From the NCBI GenBank assembly GCA_041602315.1, contig JBFIGM010000001.1, positions 1-37,246 on the forward strand: a DNA stretch of 37,246 nt. The letters are read 5' to 3'. Position 1 is the first letter of the stretch. Each line of letters starts with the position of its first letter. Source of the DNA: Methylophilaceae bacterium (lineage in GTDB: Bacteria; Pseudomonadota; Gammaproteobacteria; Burkholderiales; Methylophilaceae). Below, in pieces: positions 1-9,940 of this stretch. Below the pieces are notes generated by a model, which made no database searches, was not told where the DNA came from, and was given only the letters and a program-made list of their open reading frames with translations. Position numbers and translations under genes: made by a program.

Positions 1-1504
1 CACCTAATTCAGCTGGGAAGTAAGCGCTTTTGAAACGTTCTGGGTCACCATAAATGGTGCGAATCATAGAAGGCCAAGGCTTTTTAATAACTAGTAATCC
101 ACCTTCACCCCAGGGCACGTCATGACCTGTTTCATCCACGACATCAATCGCGATACCTGGGAATGGCAGGGTACATGATCCAGGGACTAGTGCAGTTGCA
201 CCTGGTAACGGGGTAATTACATGGCCGCCTGTTTCCGTTTGCCAGAAGGTATCAACAATGGGACATTTTTCACCACCAACTTCTTTGTAATACCACACCC
301 AAGCTTCTGGATTAATCGGTTCGCCGACAGTGCCAAGTAGCCTTAAACTCGATAAATCATACTTGCTTGGGTGCGTTTCTGGATTTGTCTCACCAGCTTT
401 AATTAATGAACGTATTGCTGTAGGTGCAGTATAGAAAATTGAGACTTTATGTTTCTGGATCATGTCCCAAAACCGGCCAGCATTTGGGTAGGTAGGTATA
501 CCCTCAAATACAATTTGTGTTGCACCCATGGCCATCGGCCCATAGGTTACATAACTATGACCTGTAATCCACCCCACATCAGCTGTGCACCAATAGATAT
601 CATCTGGTTTAATATCAAAAGTCCAGCGCATAGTGTTCATTGCGTGTAACAAGTAGCCAGCAGAGCTATGCTGAACGCCTTTTGGTTTACCTGTTGAACC
701 AGAAGTGTACAAAATAAACAGCGGATGCTCTGCACTCACCATGACTGGATCACACTCGTTAGCTTGACCATCAATTAAATCGTGCCACCAAATGTCATTC
801 TCATTCCAGTTGACAGGCTCATCTGTTTTTTTCAAAACCACTACATTCTTAATGCTCTCACAGCTGCCCATAGCCAGACCTTCATCAACTGCTTTTTTCA
901 GTGGTAGCGTTTTGCCGCCTCTAAATTGGTAGTCAGCAGTTATGATGGCTGACGCTCCTGCGTCAATGATGCGTTCATTGAGACTTTTTGCAGAGAATCC
1001 ACCAAATACAACTGAGTGAATAAGCCCTAAGCGAGCACAAGCTTGCATCGCAACAATTGCTTCTATGCCCATTGGTAAATAGATAATGACACGGTCACCG
1101 ACGTTTAAATTAAGCGTTTTGAGACCATTCGCAAAAGTACAGACTTGATGGTATAACTCTTTGTAAGAAACCGTTTTGACTTCACCATTATCCGCTTCAA
1201 AAATTATTGCTGTTTTGTTAGGAATCGTGTTTAAGTGTCTGTCTAGACAATTTGCTGATACGTTGAGCTCACCGTCCTCAAACCATTTATAAAATGGTGC
1301 ATTATCTTCATTAAGTGTTTTCGTAAAAGGTTTATGCCAAACGATTAGTTCGCGTGCAAGTTTTGCCCAAAAACCTTCGTAATCATCTTCTGCTTCTTTG
1401 CATAATGCATTATAGACATCCATACTTGGGACAGCAGCCTTCTGTTGAAATGTGGCCGAAGGTTTAAAAATGCGATTTTCGTGCAAGACTGACTCAATGG
1501 ACAT
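1..1504 (-). CDS. acs: Acetyl-CoA synthetase (AMP-forming), first ~501 codons; C-terminus lies beyond the window edge
   Basis: The minus-strand frame is open from the window edge to the ATG at 1504..1502, which is preceded by a GGGAG SD. It is absent from the ORF track because it is truncated. My translation begins [53 protein letters not shown]. It contains [18 protein letters not shown] (AMP-binding motif), [14 protein letters not shown] and [15 protein letters not shown], all typical of Acs. Confidence 0.9.
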   Translation of the reverse strand, partial: MSIESVLHENRIFKPSATFQQKAAVPSMDVYNALCKEAEDDYEGFWAKLARELIVWHKPFTKTLNEDNAPFYKWFEDGELNVSANCLDRHLNTIPNKTAIIFEADNGEVKTVSYKELYHQVCTFANGLKTLNLNVGDRVIIYLPMGIEAIVAMQACARLGLIHSVVFGGFSAKSLNERIIDAGASAIITADYQFRGGKTLPLKKAVDEGLAMGSCESIKNVVVLKKTDEPVNWNENDIWWHDLIDGQANECDPVMVSAEHPLFILYTSGSTGKPKGVQHSSAGYLLHAMNTMRWTFDIKPDDIYWCTADVGWITGHSYVTYGPMAMGATQIVFEGIPTYPNAGRFWDMIQKHKVSIFYTAPTAIRSLIKAGETNPETHPSKYDLSSLRLLGTVGEPINPEAWVWYYKEVGGEKCPIVDTFWQTETGGHVITPLPGATALVPGSCTLPFPGIAIDVVDETGHDVPWGEGGLLVIKKPWPSMIRTIYGDPERFKSAYFPAELG

Positions 1505-1580
1505 GCTAAACTCCCAAATAGATGTAATAAATGTTTTTTATTATTAAATTCGTTCATTAAGATATTACCGCAAAAACAGT

Positions 1581-4364
1581 ATGTCAATAGTACAAACATG
1601 CGCAAATGGCGCCACAATCAGCCAAGTACAGAAAACTTATCTATTGAAAGTCGAGGCATCTAGTCCTTTTTTGACCAGGCTTTTGTCCAACGATCAGGAG
1701 TTGCTAGAGGATTTGCTAGATAACTGCGAGTTTTCATATCAATTAAATGAAATGCAGGCATATCTTGAAAAATATGAAATAAAGGATGAAGAAAATTTAA
1801 AAAAAGTTTTGCGCAAACTGCGACAACGAGTTCTTGCTCGAATTATTTTGCGTGATTTGAATGGACTAGCTGATTTTCAAGAAGTTGTTAAATGTATTAG
1901 TGATTTCGCCGATTTTTGCATCATTAATGCAGTAAATTATCTGAATACTTGGCTAGAAAAAAGCCATGGAAAGCCGATTGATGCAGATGGAAATGAACAG
2001 TCATTTATTGTGATAGGCATGGGCAAGCTTGGTGGTAGAGAACTTAATGTATCTTCTGATATTGACCTAATTTTTGCCTATCAGCAGCCTGGATATACGA
2101 ATGGTGAAGATAGCATCAGCAATCAAGAATACTTCGTTAAGCTTGGTAAAAAATTTATTGCTGTACTTGATGACAACACTGAGGATGGCTTTGTTTTTCG
2201 TGTAGATATGCGACTAAGGCCTTTTGGTAGTGAGGGGGCATTAGTTTCAAACCTGGATGCATTAGAAGCTTACTATCAAAATAATGGAAGAGAGTGGGAG
2301 CGGTATGCCTGGATAAAAGGGCGTGAGATTACTGGTGGCAGCCTAGTTTCTTCGTTACTAAAGCCTTTTGTGTATCGCAAATATCTTGATTATGGTGCGT
2401 TTGCCAGCATGCGTGATTTAAAGGTGCAAATTCAGCGTGAAGTCAATGTCCGAAACGCAAAAACAACTGGGGGGCAAGATAATATAAAGCTTGGTAGGGG
2501 TGGAATCAGGGAAATTGAGTTTATTGCCCAAGTGTTTCAACTTATTCGTGGTGGCCAGGAGCCAGACTTACAAATCCGTCCGACATTAGATGTATTGCAT
2601 TTAATCAAAGTAAAACATTTGTTGCCAGAAGAGACTGTCGATCAACTCTGTGAAGCCTACGTTTTTTTAAGAAACTTAGAACATCGTTTAATGTACGTAG
2701 AGGATGCGCAAACACAAGATTTACCAAAAACACAAGAGGGGCAAAGCCTTATCGCTTTAGCAATGAATTTTGATAGCTGGCAAAGTTTATTAAAAAAACT
2801 TAACTATTACAGAGATACTGTTCAAGCACAGTTTGATCAAACTTTTAGTGTAAAGAGCAAACCTCAGAATGTGCTGGATGCTAATCAAGAAAAAGCGCTA
2901 GCTTCTGCCAAGTTGATTTGGGATGGCGCACTGCAACAGGATGAAAGTATCACTGTGCTATCAGATATGGGCTATAGCAAACCTGAGGATACACTGAACC
3001 AAATTCAGCAGTTGCATCAGGGGCATCGCTACAAACAGCTTCCAGAACTCAGTAGACAACGCTTTAATCGTTTGCTGCCATTATTAATTGAAGTTGCCAG
3101 TCATGAAAAAAATGCTGATATTGCTTTAATGCGCACTATGGATTTTGTTGAAGCAGTCTGCAGGCGTGCAAGTTATTTGGCAATGATGACAGAATATCCT
3201 GACGCGTTGCGCTTAGTAGTGCGATTATGTGCAGCCAGCGCTTGGTGTGCTCAGTATTTGATTAAGCATCCGATTGTTCTGGATGAGCTTTTAGATGAAG
3301 TGACCTTATATGCTGAGCCGGATTTTGATGCAATGCGAGCTGAGCTTTCTGCAACTATGGAAGCGTTGCATGGTGATACAGAGCAGCAGATGGATGCAAT
3401 GCGGCATTTCCAGCATGCAACTGCATTCCGGTTTGCTGCGCAAGATATTGCAGGCAAGCTACCTCTTGAGAAACTATCAGATCAGTTAAGTGCATTAGCC
3501 GATTTAATTATGGATGTGTCTATTAAAACAATATGGGCATCATTCAAACATAAACACATAGAAGTGCCTAAGTTCGCAGTAATTGGTTATGGCAAGTTAG
3601 GTGGTAAGGAGCTCGGTTACGCTTCTGATCTTGATATTATTTTTCTTTATGATGACCAAGCTGATGATGTTAGTCAGATTTATGCTCGATTTGCGCAACG
3701 TATCAATGGTTGGTTTAATAGCCTAACACCCGCTGGACAACTCTACGAAATTGACTTGCAACTAAGACCAGACGGGAATAGCGGCTTATTGGTTAGTTCA
3801 ACAGATGCTTTTTTGGATTATCAAATAAAGCGTGCTTGGCCCTGGGAGCATCAGGCAATTACACGAGCACGATTTGTTGCGGGTGACATCAATGTAGGTA
3901 GGCGGTTTGAAGAAATTCGCCAACAAGTGGTTCAACAAGAGCGTGATAAAGAGAAGTTAAGCGCTAGCATCATCGAAATGCGAGAAAAAATGCGTCAGGC
4001 TCAACACCTTAATGCTGATTTGTTTGATTTGAAACACAGCCCTGGCGGCATTATAGATGTAGAGTTTATCGTGCAATATTTAGTGCTGGCGAATGCGGTA
4101 GCACATATTGAGCTAACGGCAAATATTGGCAATATCGCTTTATTAGCTTATTTAGGAGAGAAGGGGATTATTGATCAAAATTTAGCATCACAAACTGCTG
4201 ATGCCTACCGCCAGTACCGCCGTTTGCAGCATGCTGCAAGGTTACAGGGAGATATGCAAGCTAAAGTAAATTATGCAGAAATTGAAATGCATGCAAAAGC
4301 AGTCAATACGCTTTGGCAAGCTGTTTTTGGCGTCCAAGCAGGTAACTTAAACGCCCCAGCGTAA
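1581..4364 (+). CDS. glnE: Bifunctional glutamine synthetase adenylyltransferase / adenylyl-removing enzyme
   Basis: 927-aa ORF with two nucleotidyltransferase repeats, each carrying the GlnE signature (VIGMGKLGGRELNVSSDIDLIFAY and VIGYGKLGGKELGYASDLDIIFLY). Each is followed by RVDMRLRPFG / EIDLQLRPDG. Confidence 0.9.
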   Translation: MSIVQTCANGATISQVQKTYLLKVEASSPFLTRLLSNDQELLEDLLDNCEFSYQLNEMQAYLEKYEIKDEENLKKVLRKLRQRVLARIILRDLNGLADFQEVVKCISDFADFCIINAVNYLNTWLEKSHGKPIDADGNEQSFIVIGMGKLGGRELNVSSDIDLIFAYQQPGYTNGEDSISNQEYFVKLGKKFIAVLDDNTEDGFVFRVDMRLRPFGSEGALVSNLDALEAYYQNNGREWERYAWIKGREITGGSLVSSLLKPFVYRKYLDYGAFASMRDLKVQIQREVNVRNAKTTGGQDNIKLGRGGIREIEFIAQVFQLIRGGQEPDLQIRPTLDVLHLIKVKHLLPEETVDQLCEAYVFLRNLEHRLMYVEDAQTQDLPKTQEGQSLIALAMNFDSWQSLLKKLNYYRDTVQAQFDQTFSVKSKPQNVLDANQEKALASAKLIWDGALQQDESITVLSDMGYSKPEDTLNQIQQLHQGHRYKQLPELSRQRFNRLLPLLIEVASHEKNADIALMRTMDFVEAVCRRASYLAMMTEYPDALRLVVRLCAASAWCAQYLIKHPIVLDELLDEVTLYAEPDFDAMRAELSATMEALHGDTEQQMDAMRHFQHATAFRFAAQDIAGKLPLEKLSDQLSALADLIMDVSIKTIWASFKHKHIEVPKFAVIGYGKLGGKELGYASDLDIIFLYDDQADDVSQIYARFAQRINGWFNSLTPAGQLYEIDLQLRPDGNSGLLVSSTDAFLDYQIKRAWPWEHQAITRARFVAGDINVGRRFEEIRQQVVQQERDKEKLSASIIEMREKMRQAQHLNADLFDLKHSPGGIIDVEFIVQYLVLANAVAHIELTANIGNIALLAYLGEKGIIDQNLASQTADAYRQYRRLQHAARLQGDMQAKVNYAEIEMHAKAVNTLWQAVFGVQAGNLNAPA

Positions 4365-5336
4365 TGCGGCCGTGTGTACTGGGCTATCCCAATGGTGTTT
4401 AATTTCATCATCGAGTATGCAAACTGTTATTGATGCGCCAGCCATATCAATGGCTGTCGTGTAGTTGCCAACCAAAGAACGTGCGATCGTCATTCCATTT
4501 TGTGTTAGTAATTTTTCTGCCGTGTTGTAGATGAGGTAAAGCTCCATTAAGGGTGTAGCGCCTAAGCCATTAACCAATAATAAGATTTCGCTACCTCTGG
4601 TGGGTTTTAAATCGGTGAGAATGGCATCAACCATATCTTTGACAATCACATCAGCTTCCCGCATCGATTCTCGCTTACGACCAGGTTCACCATGTATGCC
4701 AACACCCATTTCAATTTCTGACTCACTAATCTCAAATGTTGGGTGCCCAGCAGCCGGCACTGTGCAGCTTGTCAAAGCAACGCCTATGCTAGCTGTTTGC
4801 GCGTTAATCTTATCGCCTAGTGCTTTGCAAGTTGCCAAGTCCGCCCCAGTTTCTGCAATGCTACCAACACATTTTTCCACAATGACTGTTCCTGCAACCC
4901 CGCGTCTACCTTCTGTGTATGTACTATTAATGACTGCGCAATCATCGCTAGTCAAAACGGTAGCAAGTTGGTACGGCAGCATCTCTGCAGCCATTTCAAA
5001 ATTCATTACGTCACCAGCATAGTTTTTAACGATAAATAAGATGCCTTTATCCGCATGCACTGCTTCAGCAGCAGCTAGCATTTGGTCTGGTGTTGGTGAT
5101 GTAAATACTTGCCCTGGGCATGCTGCATCCAACATACCAGCACCAACAAACCCTGCATGTAAGGGCTCATGTCCAGCACCGCCGCCGGAAATAATTGCAA
5201 CCTTGTTACTCGCCTTATGTTTGCGAGTAATAAAGGTTGGTTCTAGTTGTAGTGAAACCAAGTCTTGGTGTGCTTTTTCAAAACCACCGAGGCTTTCGGT
5301 TAACATATGATTGACATTGTTAGTAAATTTTTTCAT
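4347..5336 (-). CDS. dhaK: Dihydroxyacetone kinase, Dha-binding subunit DhaK
   Basis: 329 aa. Contains IISGGGAGHEPLHAGFVG and EMGVGIHGEPG (region of the covalent Dha-binding His), with C-terminus HTAALRWGV like enterobacterial DhaK. Confidence 0.85.
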   Translation of the reverse strand: MKKFTNNVNHMLTESLGGFEKAHQDLVSLQLEPTFITRKHKASNKVAIISGGGAGHEPLHAGFVGAGMLDAACPGQVFTSPTPDQMLAAAEAVHADKGILFIVKNYAGDVMNFEMAAEMLPYQLATVLTSDDCAVINSTYTEGRRGVAGTVIVEKCVGSIAETGADLATCKALGDKINAQTASIGVALTSCTVPAAGHPTFEISESEIEMGVGIHGEPGRKRESMREADVIVKDMVDAILTDLKPTRGSEILLLVNGLGATPLMELYLIYNTAEKLLTQNGMTIARSLVGNYTTAIDMAGASITVCILDDEIKHHWDSPVHTAALRWGV

Positions 5337-5360
5337 GATATTTTACTTTAAATTATATGT

Positions 5361-6011
5361 TTAATTATTTGATTTTAATGATAAAGTACACACTTCTGTA
5401 ATCATTACCTGACAGCTTTTTGCGCCAGCATCTAGATGACCTATTGCACGATCTCCAAGTCCGGCAGCACGTCCTTTGGTGGCAACTAAGTTGCGTGTCG
5501 ACTCTAAACCTTTGTCCGCAGCAGCTTTGATATCAATGCAAATTTCTTCCTTTGTTTTATTTTCAATGGCACTAAAGATAAACTGATGGGCGACTGGAAT
5601 GAGTACATCTAACATCGTTTTTTCACCTATTTTACCCTTGCCGCGCTTGATGAGCTCTTGAACGCCAGCGGCAAATGCTGCTGCAATATCTAAATAATTG
5701 CTGCCACCGTTGTGTTTGATTGTTTTGGCCATCCCCATAAAAAAACTAGCAAATAGCGGACCTGATGCGCCACCAATCGTGCTTAGTAACTTCATTGCAA
5801 TTTTGTTAAGTGCTTCATCGGGTGCAAGTGGCGCAAGCTCATCTGTCATGCCAGCAATTGTTTCTGCACCGCGTAAAACATTAATATAATGGTCTCCGTC
5901 ACCAATAGCTTGATCTAGCGATTCTATTTCGGGTTTGTGTGCAATAATAGCTACATGGATTGCAGAGGCAGCCGCGCAAATAAAAATTGTTTGTAAACTC
6001 ATGAAATACAC
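5361..6011 (-). CDS. dhaL: Dihydroxyacetone kinase, ADP-binding subunit DhaL
   Basis: ~213-216 aa, all-helical. Carries the DhaL nucleotide/Mg motif LDQAIGDGDH and GGASGPLF. The start is ambiguous: GTG at 6011 or ATG at 6002, neither with a clear SD. It lies upstream of and in the same orientation as dhaK, with a 24-nt gap. Confidence 0.8.
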   Translation of the reverse strand: MYFMSLQTIFICAAASAIHVAIIAHKPEIESLDQAIGDGDHYINVLRGAETIAGMTDELAPLAPDEALNKIAMKLLSTIGGASGPLFASFFMGMAKTIKHNGGSNYLDIAAAFAAGVQELIKRGKGKIGEKTMLDVLIPVAHQFIFSAIENKTKEEICIDIKAAADKGLESTRNLVATKGRAAGLGDRAIGHLDAGAKSCQVMITEVCTLSLKSNN

Positions 6012-6098
6012 TATATTTCTTATTGATGATGGTTGCTAAACTCTACACATGTTAGATTTTCATTTCAACATATTTGCGTGTAATTATTAGATATACCT

Positions 6099-7442
6099 AT
6101 GAGCTTAAGGTTACGTTTGAATTTAATTATTACGTTGCTAATGCTGCTATTCATGTTGGCAGTCGGCTTCATTTTAATAAAAGCAGCTAAGTCATCAACA
6201 CAGGAGAGCGTGGAAGCCGCCACACATGTGACTACACAGTTGCTTGATGCAGTTATCTTAAGCTCTGCCAGTAATTTGGATTTGGGATACACAAATGGGG
6301 TGATGCGCCGCTTTCTTGAGCAATTGGGTCGTGTCAGAAGTAATGAGATTTATCTATATGACTACCGAAATCAAATAGTCTACAAGTCGCCAAAACCAGA
6401 GTATCGATCTGATGTAAAACCACCGCAATGGTTTTATGACATGCTAGACCCTAAAGCAGAGCCAGTCATGCGCTTTATTCGGCTTGGAAAATTAGGCAAG
6501 TTAGAGGTTAGACCTAACCCCAGTGGCACGATACGTGAGTCCTGGGCTAAGATGCAAAATTTATTTTGGATATGGCTCGGTTTTTTTGTCGCATTGAATG
6601 TGGGCGTGTATTGGATGTTGGGAAGCCTGCTGAAACCTTTGCAGCCAATACTGAAAATGATTAATCAACTTGAAAAGGGTGATTTAGGTGCACGATTGCC
6701 ACATTTCAAATTGCCAGAGTTCGAAAAGATTGGGCATAGTCTTAATCGTATGGCGGAGTCGCTAGCTGTTGAGCGTGAATTAGAAGAAAATCGGCAACTG
6801 ACACACTTGATTCAAAAACACATAGAAGAAGAGCGGCGTAGTTTAGCAAGAGAGCTGCATGACGAATTAGGCCAATATGTTACTGCCATAAAGACATTTG
6901 CTGTGACAATAGCTAGTAAAACCAAAGAAAAAGCACCTGAGGTCGAGGCGAGTGCGCAAACTATTGTCGCTGCTGCAAATCACATTTATGACGGTATGCA
7001 CAATATCATTAAGCAGCTTAGACCTGGATCTCTTGATAATTTAGGACTAACAGAAACATTAAAAGATTTGGTCAATTCATTACAAGAGCAACATCAAGGC
7101 TTGAATGTTGAACTAAATTTAACTGGTGCTTTAAATGAGCTGGGTGAAACTATTAATATTAATATCTATCGAATCGTGCAAGAATCGATTAACAATGCCA
7201 TTAAACATTCGGATGCCAAAAATTTAAATATAGATCTTACTATTGCAGAAAATGATACGCTGCAACTTGTAATTGCTGATAATGGTAAGGGAATGGATAT
7301 TCATGCAGTAGATCAAACGAATCATTTTGGATTGTTAGGTATTCGTGAGCGTGTGCAGGGATTACATGGAAGCTTTAGGGTTGATTCTGAGTTGGGTAAA
7401 GGTACAAAAATTGTCATAACAATACCTATAAAAATTAATTGA
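6099..7442 (+). CDS. Sensor histidine kinase, NarX/HisKA_3-type, with periplasmic sensor domain and HAMP
   Basis: 447 aa. An N-terminal TM (LNLIITLLMLLFMLAVGFILI) and a second TM (~res 155-178) flank a ~125-aa periplasmic region. HAMP-like linker, H-box ARELHDELGQ (HisKA_3), and an ATPase region (NNAIKHS, DNGKGM, GLLGIRERV). Confidence 0.8.
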   Translation: MSLRLRLNLIITLLMLLFMLAVGFILIKAAKSSTQESVEAATHVTTQLLDAVILSSASNLDLGYTNGVMRRFLEQLGRVRSNEIYLYDYRNQIVYKSPKPEYRSDVKPPQWFYDMLDPKAEPVMRFIRLGKLGKLEVRPNPSGTIRESWAKMQNLFWIWLGFFVALNVGVYWMLGSLLKPLQPILKMINQLEKGDLGARLPHFKLPEFEKIGHSLNRMAESLAVERELEENRQLTHLIQKHIEEERRSLARELHDELGQYVTAIKTFAVTIASKTKEKAPEVEASAQTIVAAANHIYDGMHNIIKQLRPGSLDNLGLTETLKDLVNSLQEQHQGLNVELNLTGALNELGETININIYRIVQESINNAIKHSDAKNLNIDLTIAENDTLQLVIADNGKGMDIHAVDQTNHFGLLGIRERVQGLHGSFRVDSELGKGTKIVITIPIKIN

Positions 7443-7453
7443 GGGATGTAGGA

Positions 7454-8092
7454 ATGAGTCAAATAAAAGTCATGCTAGTTGATGACCATGCGGTGGTCAG
7501 GATGGGCTTTAAAATGTTGTTAGAAACATCAGACGACATTAAGGTTATTAGCGAGGCGGAAAACGGTGAAGAGGCGATTAAAGCTTATATGGAACATAAG
7601 CCTGACGTGATTGTGATGGATATTACAATGCCAGGGATGGGTGGCATGGAAGCGATTGAACGTATTTTAAATAAAGAACCTTCTGCAAGAATTCTAGTGC
7701 TATCTGCCCACGAAGACTCGGTGCATCCCAAAAGGGTGCTTAATGCTGGTGCAAAAGGCTATGTAACCAAACGTAGTGCGGCAGAGGAGCTGATTAAAGC
7801 GATTCGTGCCGTTGCGTCGGGTAAAAAGTATATCGAAGCGAGCGTGGCGCAACAGATGGCAATTCAGCAGTTATCTGGAGAGCAAAATCCTGTAGATGTA
7901 CTCAGTGAGCGTGAGTTTGAAGTCTTTATGTCGCTTGCAAAAGGTAAGACGACCAATGAGATTGCAGAAACCTTATTCTTAAGTCCTAGAACAGTAGGCA
8001 CACATTTATACAATATTAAGCAAAAATTAAATGCTAGTAATTCGGCTGAGATTGCCTTGATTGCCATGCGAAGTGGTTTAATAGACCCTTAA
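7454..8092 (+). CDS. Response regulator, NarL/FixJ family (receiver + LuxR/GerE HTH)
   Basis: MSQIKVMLVDDHAVVRMG..DVIVMDITMPGMGG receiver, with C-terminal LSEREFEVFMSLAKGKTTNEIAETLFLSPRTVGTHLYNIKQKL. I placed the start at ATG 7454, with GAGGGA 7 nt upstream, rather than the TTG at 7439 in the ORF track. The kinase stop at 7440..7442 is immediately upstream, so the two form an operon. Confidence 0.85.
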   Translation: MSQIKVMLVDDHAVVRMGFKMLLETSDDIKVISEAENGEEAIKAYMEHKPDVIVMDITMPGMGGMEAIERILNKEPSARILVLSAHEDSVHPKRVLNAGAKGYVTKRSAAEELIKAIRAVASGKKYIEASVAQQMAIQQLSGEQNPVDVLSEREFEVFMSLAKGKTTNEIAETLFLSPRTVGTHLYNIKQKLNASNSAEIALIAMRSGLIDP

Positions 8093-8143
8093 TATCAATC
8101 GATGCCATACCCTTATACTGGTATCGCAGTAATAATTTTACAT

Positions 8144-8809
8144 TTAATTGAACGGAGCACTTCTGTCATCCATGGCTTGATGTAATTTTTGATGGTTATC
8201 GTGATATCGAGCTATGTTTATATCACCTACATTTGCCATCTCAACTACAATTGTTGAACCACTAACTGGTTTGCCCAATGTTGGAGGCACGATAAAAGTA
8301 ACATACGTTTTGTTATGAATGATTTCGCCTGTAGCGATATGCCAATTTTGCCAATCTTCTTGTTGTGGTAGGTTAAGTGCGCCAACTAATCTTGCTTGCT
8401 CATAATAACTGTCTTTCTCTTTACCAATAATTGTATTGAACACTTTTACATGCGCTAAAGCGTTGGATTCGATAGTTTGCGCTTCTTTTTCATTTGGTTC
8501 TTTTACAAAATCTTGTTTTGTTGGCTCTGCTGCTTTGAAGCTGGTTCGCCTGATCGCTAACGCTAACGTGCTGGGAGGTCTATTAGTAAGCGCAATGCTT
8601 TCTTTTTGTCTTGGTAGCGTTTCTTCGTTGACATCTAGTGCATTTGCTACTGCTGTATCTGCAATGCTAGTTGCGATAGATCTTGCTATTTGCTGCGCTA
8701 CCGTGCCACCTAGGCAACCACTTAGCAGCAGTGTGCCAACACAGATGCATAGGTATCGTACTGTCTTGACACCTTTGATATAACTAAAAGTTGTAACAGG
8801 TTTAATCAT
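8144..8809 (-). CDS. Hypothetical lipoprotein
   Basis: 221-aa ORF with a lipoprotein signal peptide and lipobox (VGTLLLSGC). I recognise no family for the mature part. Same orientation as the EamA gene, 88 nt downstream of it. Confidence 0.55.
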   Translation of the reverse strand: MIKPVTTFSYIKGVKTVRYLCICVGTLLLSGCLGGTVAQQIARSIATSIADTAVANALDVNEETLPRQKESIALTNRPPSTLALAIRRTSFKAAEPTKQDFVKEPNEKEAQTIESNALAHVKVFNTIIGKEKDSYYEQARLVGALNLPQQEDWQNWHIATGEIIHNKTYVTFIVPPTLGKPVSGSTIVVEMANVGDINIARYHDNHQKLHQAMDDRSAPFN

Positions 8810-8897
8810 TAAAACTAATCCTGCATTTTTAACGGCGAAATACCAGATTACTGCTAACTGCTTGTCTTGTCTAGTATTTTTTTGAGATGATTTTAGT

Positions 8898-9788
8898 TTA
8901 TGATTTTATTGATTGCGTTGCATAAATACTAATCACACCACCAGAGATAATAAGGCCAATGGCTACCCAAGCAGATGTCGTCAAGTGTTCATCCCAAAAA
9001 AATACGCCAAACAAACTCGAAATCACGACTGTTGCGTAACTGAGACTAGCTACACTTAATGTTTTACCTGTGCGATAAGCACGCGTCAGCGCAAGTTGTG
9101 CAATGGTAGCTGATGCACCCAGCCCAATTAATACTGACAAATCTTGCCACTTTAAGGGTGAGATTTTGTCAAAAAACATCCAAATGCCTGCGCCAATAGT
9201 AGATATAAACGTGAAATAAAATACTGTCCGCCAATCAGGTTCATGTAGGTTTCCTAATTGTTTAACATGCAGATAAGCAAGACCAGCGCCAGCACCTGAA
9301 CAAAGTCCCATTAGGCCAGCAATAATATCTTTTGAGGCAAAGCTTGGTTTTAGTAATATCACAACGCCAATGAAGCTAATTGCCAATGCTAAATAAAATA
9401 TTTGCTTGGGCTTTTCATGCAGCATAAAGGGCATAAATGCGGCTAGAAAAAGTGGAGAGGTGTAGTTAAGTGTTATGGCTGTGGCCAACGGTAGGTGCGC
9501 TATGGCATAAAAAAACATAAGCAAGGCCACAAAGCCTAGCAGTGCCCGTGCCAGTTGTTTGTTTAGATGTTTTGTTTGAACAGGCAGTCGTTTGATCCAA
9601 ATTGTGATTAAGATGAATATGAAGCCAAAAAGCGAACGATAAAACACTAGCTCTGCACTAGAGAATTTGTTTGCGCCAACTTTGACTAGCGCACCCATAA
9701 TCGCGAAACACAGCGCTGCCAACAGCATCCATAAACTGCCAAATTTGTTTGATGGTATAGATTGTGCTTTGCTAGTCACCGTGTTCAA
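8898..9788 (-). CDS. DMT-superfamily transporter (EamA/RhaT-like, 10 TM)
   Basis: 296 aa and very hydrophobic, with about 10 predicted TM helices in two internally similar halves. This fits the length and architecture of EamA-domain permeases. Confidence 0.75.
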   Translation of the reverse strand: MNTVTSKAQSIPSNKFGSLWMLLAALCFAIMGALVKVGANKFSSAELVFYRSLFGFIFILITIWIKRLPVQTKHLNKQLARALLGFVALLMFFYAIAHLPLATAITLNYTSPLFLAAFMPFMLHEKPKQIFYLALAISFIGVVILLKPSFASKDIIAGLMGLCSGAGAGLAYLHVKQLGNLHEPDWRTVFYFTFISTIGAGIWMFFDKISPLKWQDLSVLIGLGASATIAQLALTRAYRTGKTLSVASLSYATVVISSLFGVFFWDEHLTTSAWVAIGLIISGGVISIYATQSIKS

Positions 9789-9940
9789 TTGACCACAACT
9801 ATGATGGGAAAATGAATTTCATACAAAAACAACATTTTATCAGTTTGTTTAGGCAACAATAGAATGCTTGTTATTGAAATGCAGTTTAATTTGGTTAAAC
9901 TGACCACGCTTTAACAAAAACAAAGAGAAAAGGGAGTGCA

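Noticed and set aside
449-649. 66-aa plus-strand ORF
   Set aside because: It is antisense to acs within the highly conserved region of that gene ([14 protein letters not shown]), so it is a shadow ORF.
1345-1617. 90-aa minus-strand ORF spanning the acs/glnE divergent region
   Set aside because: It overlaps the well-supported 5' ends of both acs and glnE in a different frame, and its translation has no recognisable features.
4600-5310. Two long plus-strand ORFs (140 aa and 89 aa) antisense to dhaK
   Set aside because: Their translations are low-complexity and Ser/Ala/Pro-rich. They lie entirely inside a gene with clear DhaK motifs on the other strand and have no SD. These are typical shadow ORFs.
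7439-7453. N-terminal extensions suggested by the ORF track: response regulator at 7439, asd at 23131, membrane ORF at 27457, truA at 28101, trpB at 29621
   Set aside because: These use TTG or upstream codons without an SD and add residues that family N-termini lack. Downstream ATGs with proper SD spacing match the conserved N-termini, so I moved the starts.
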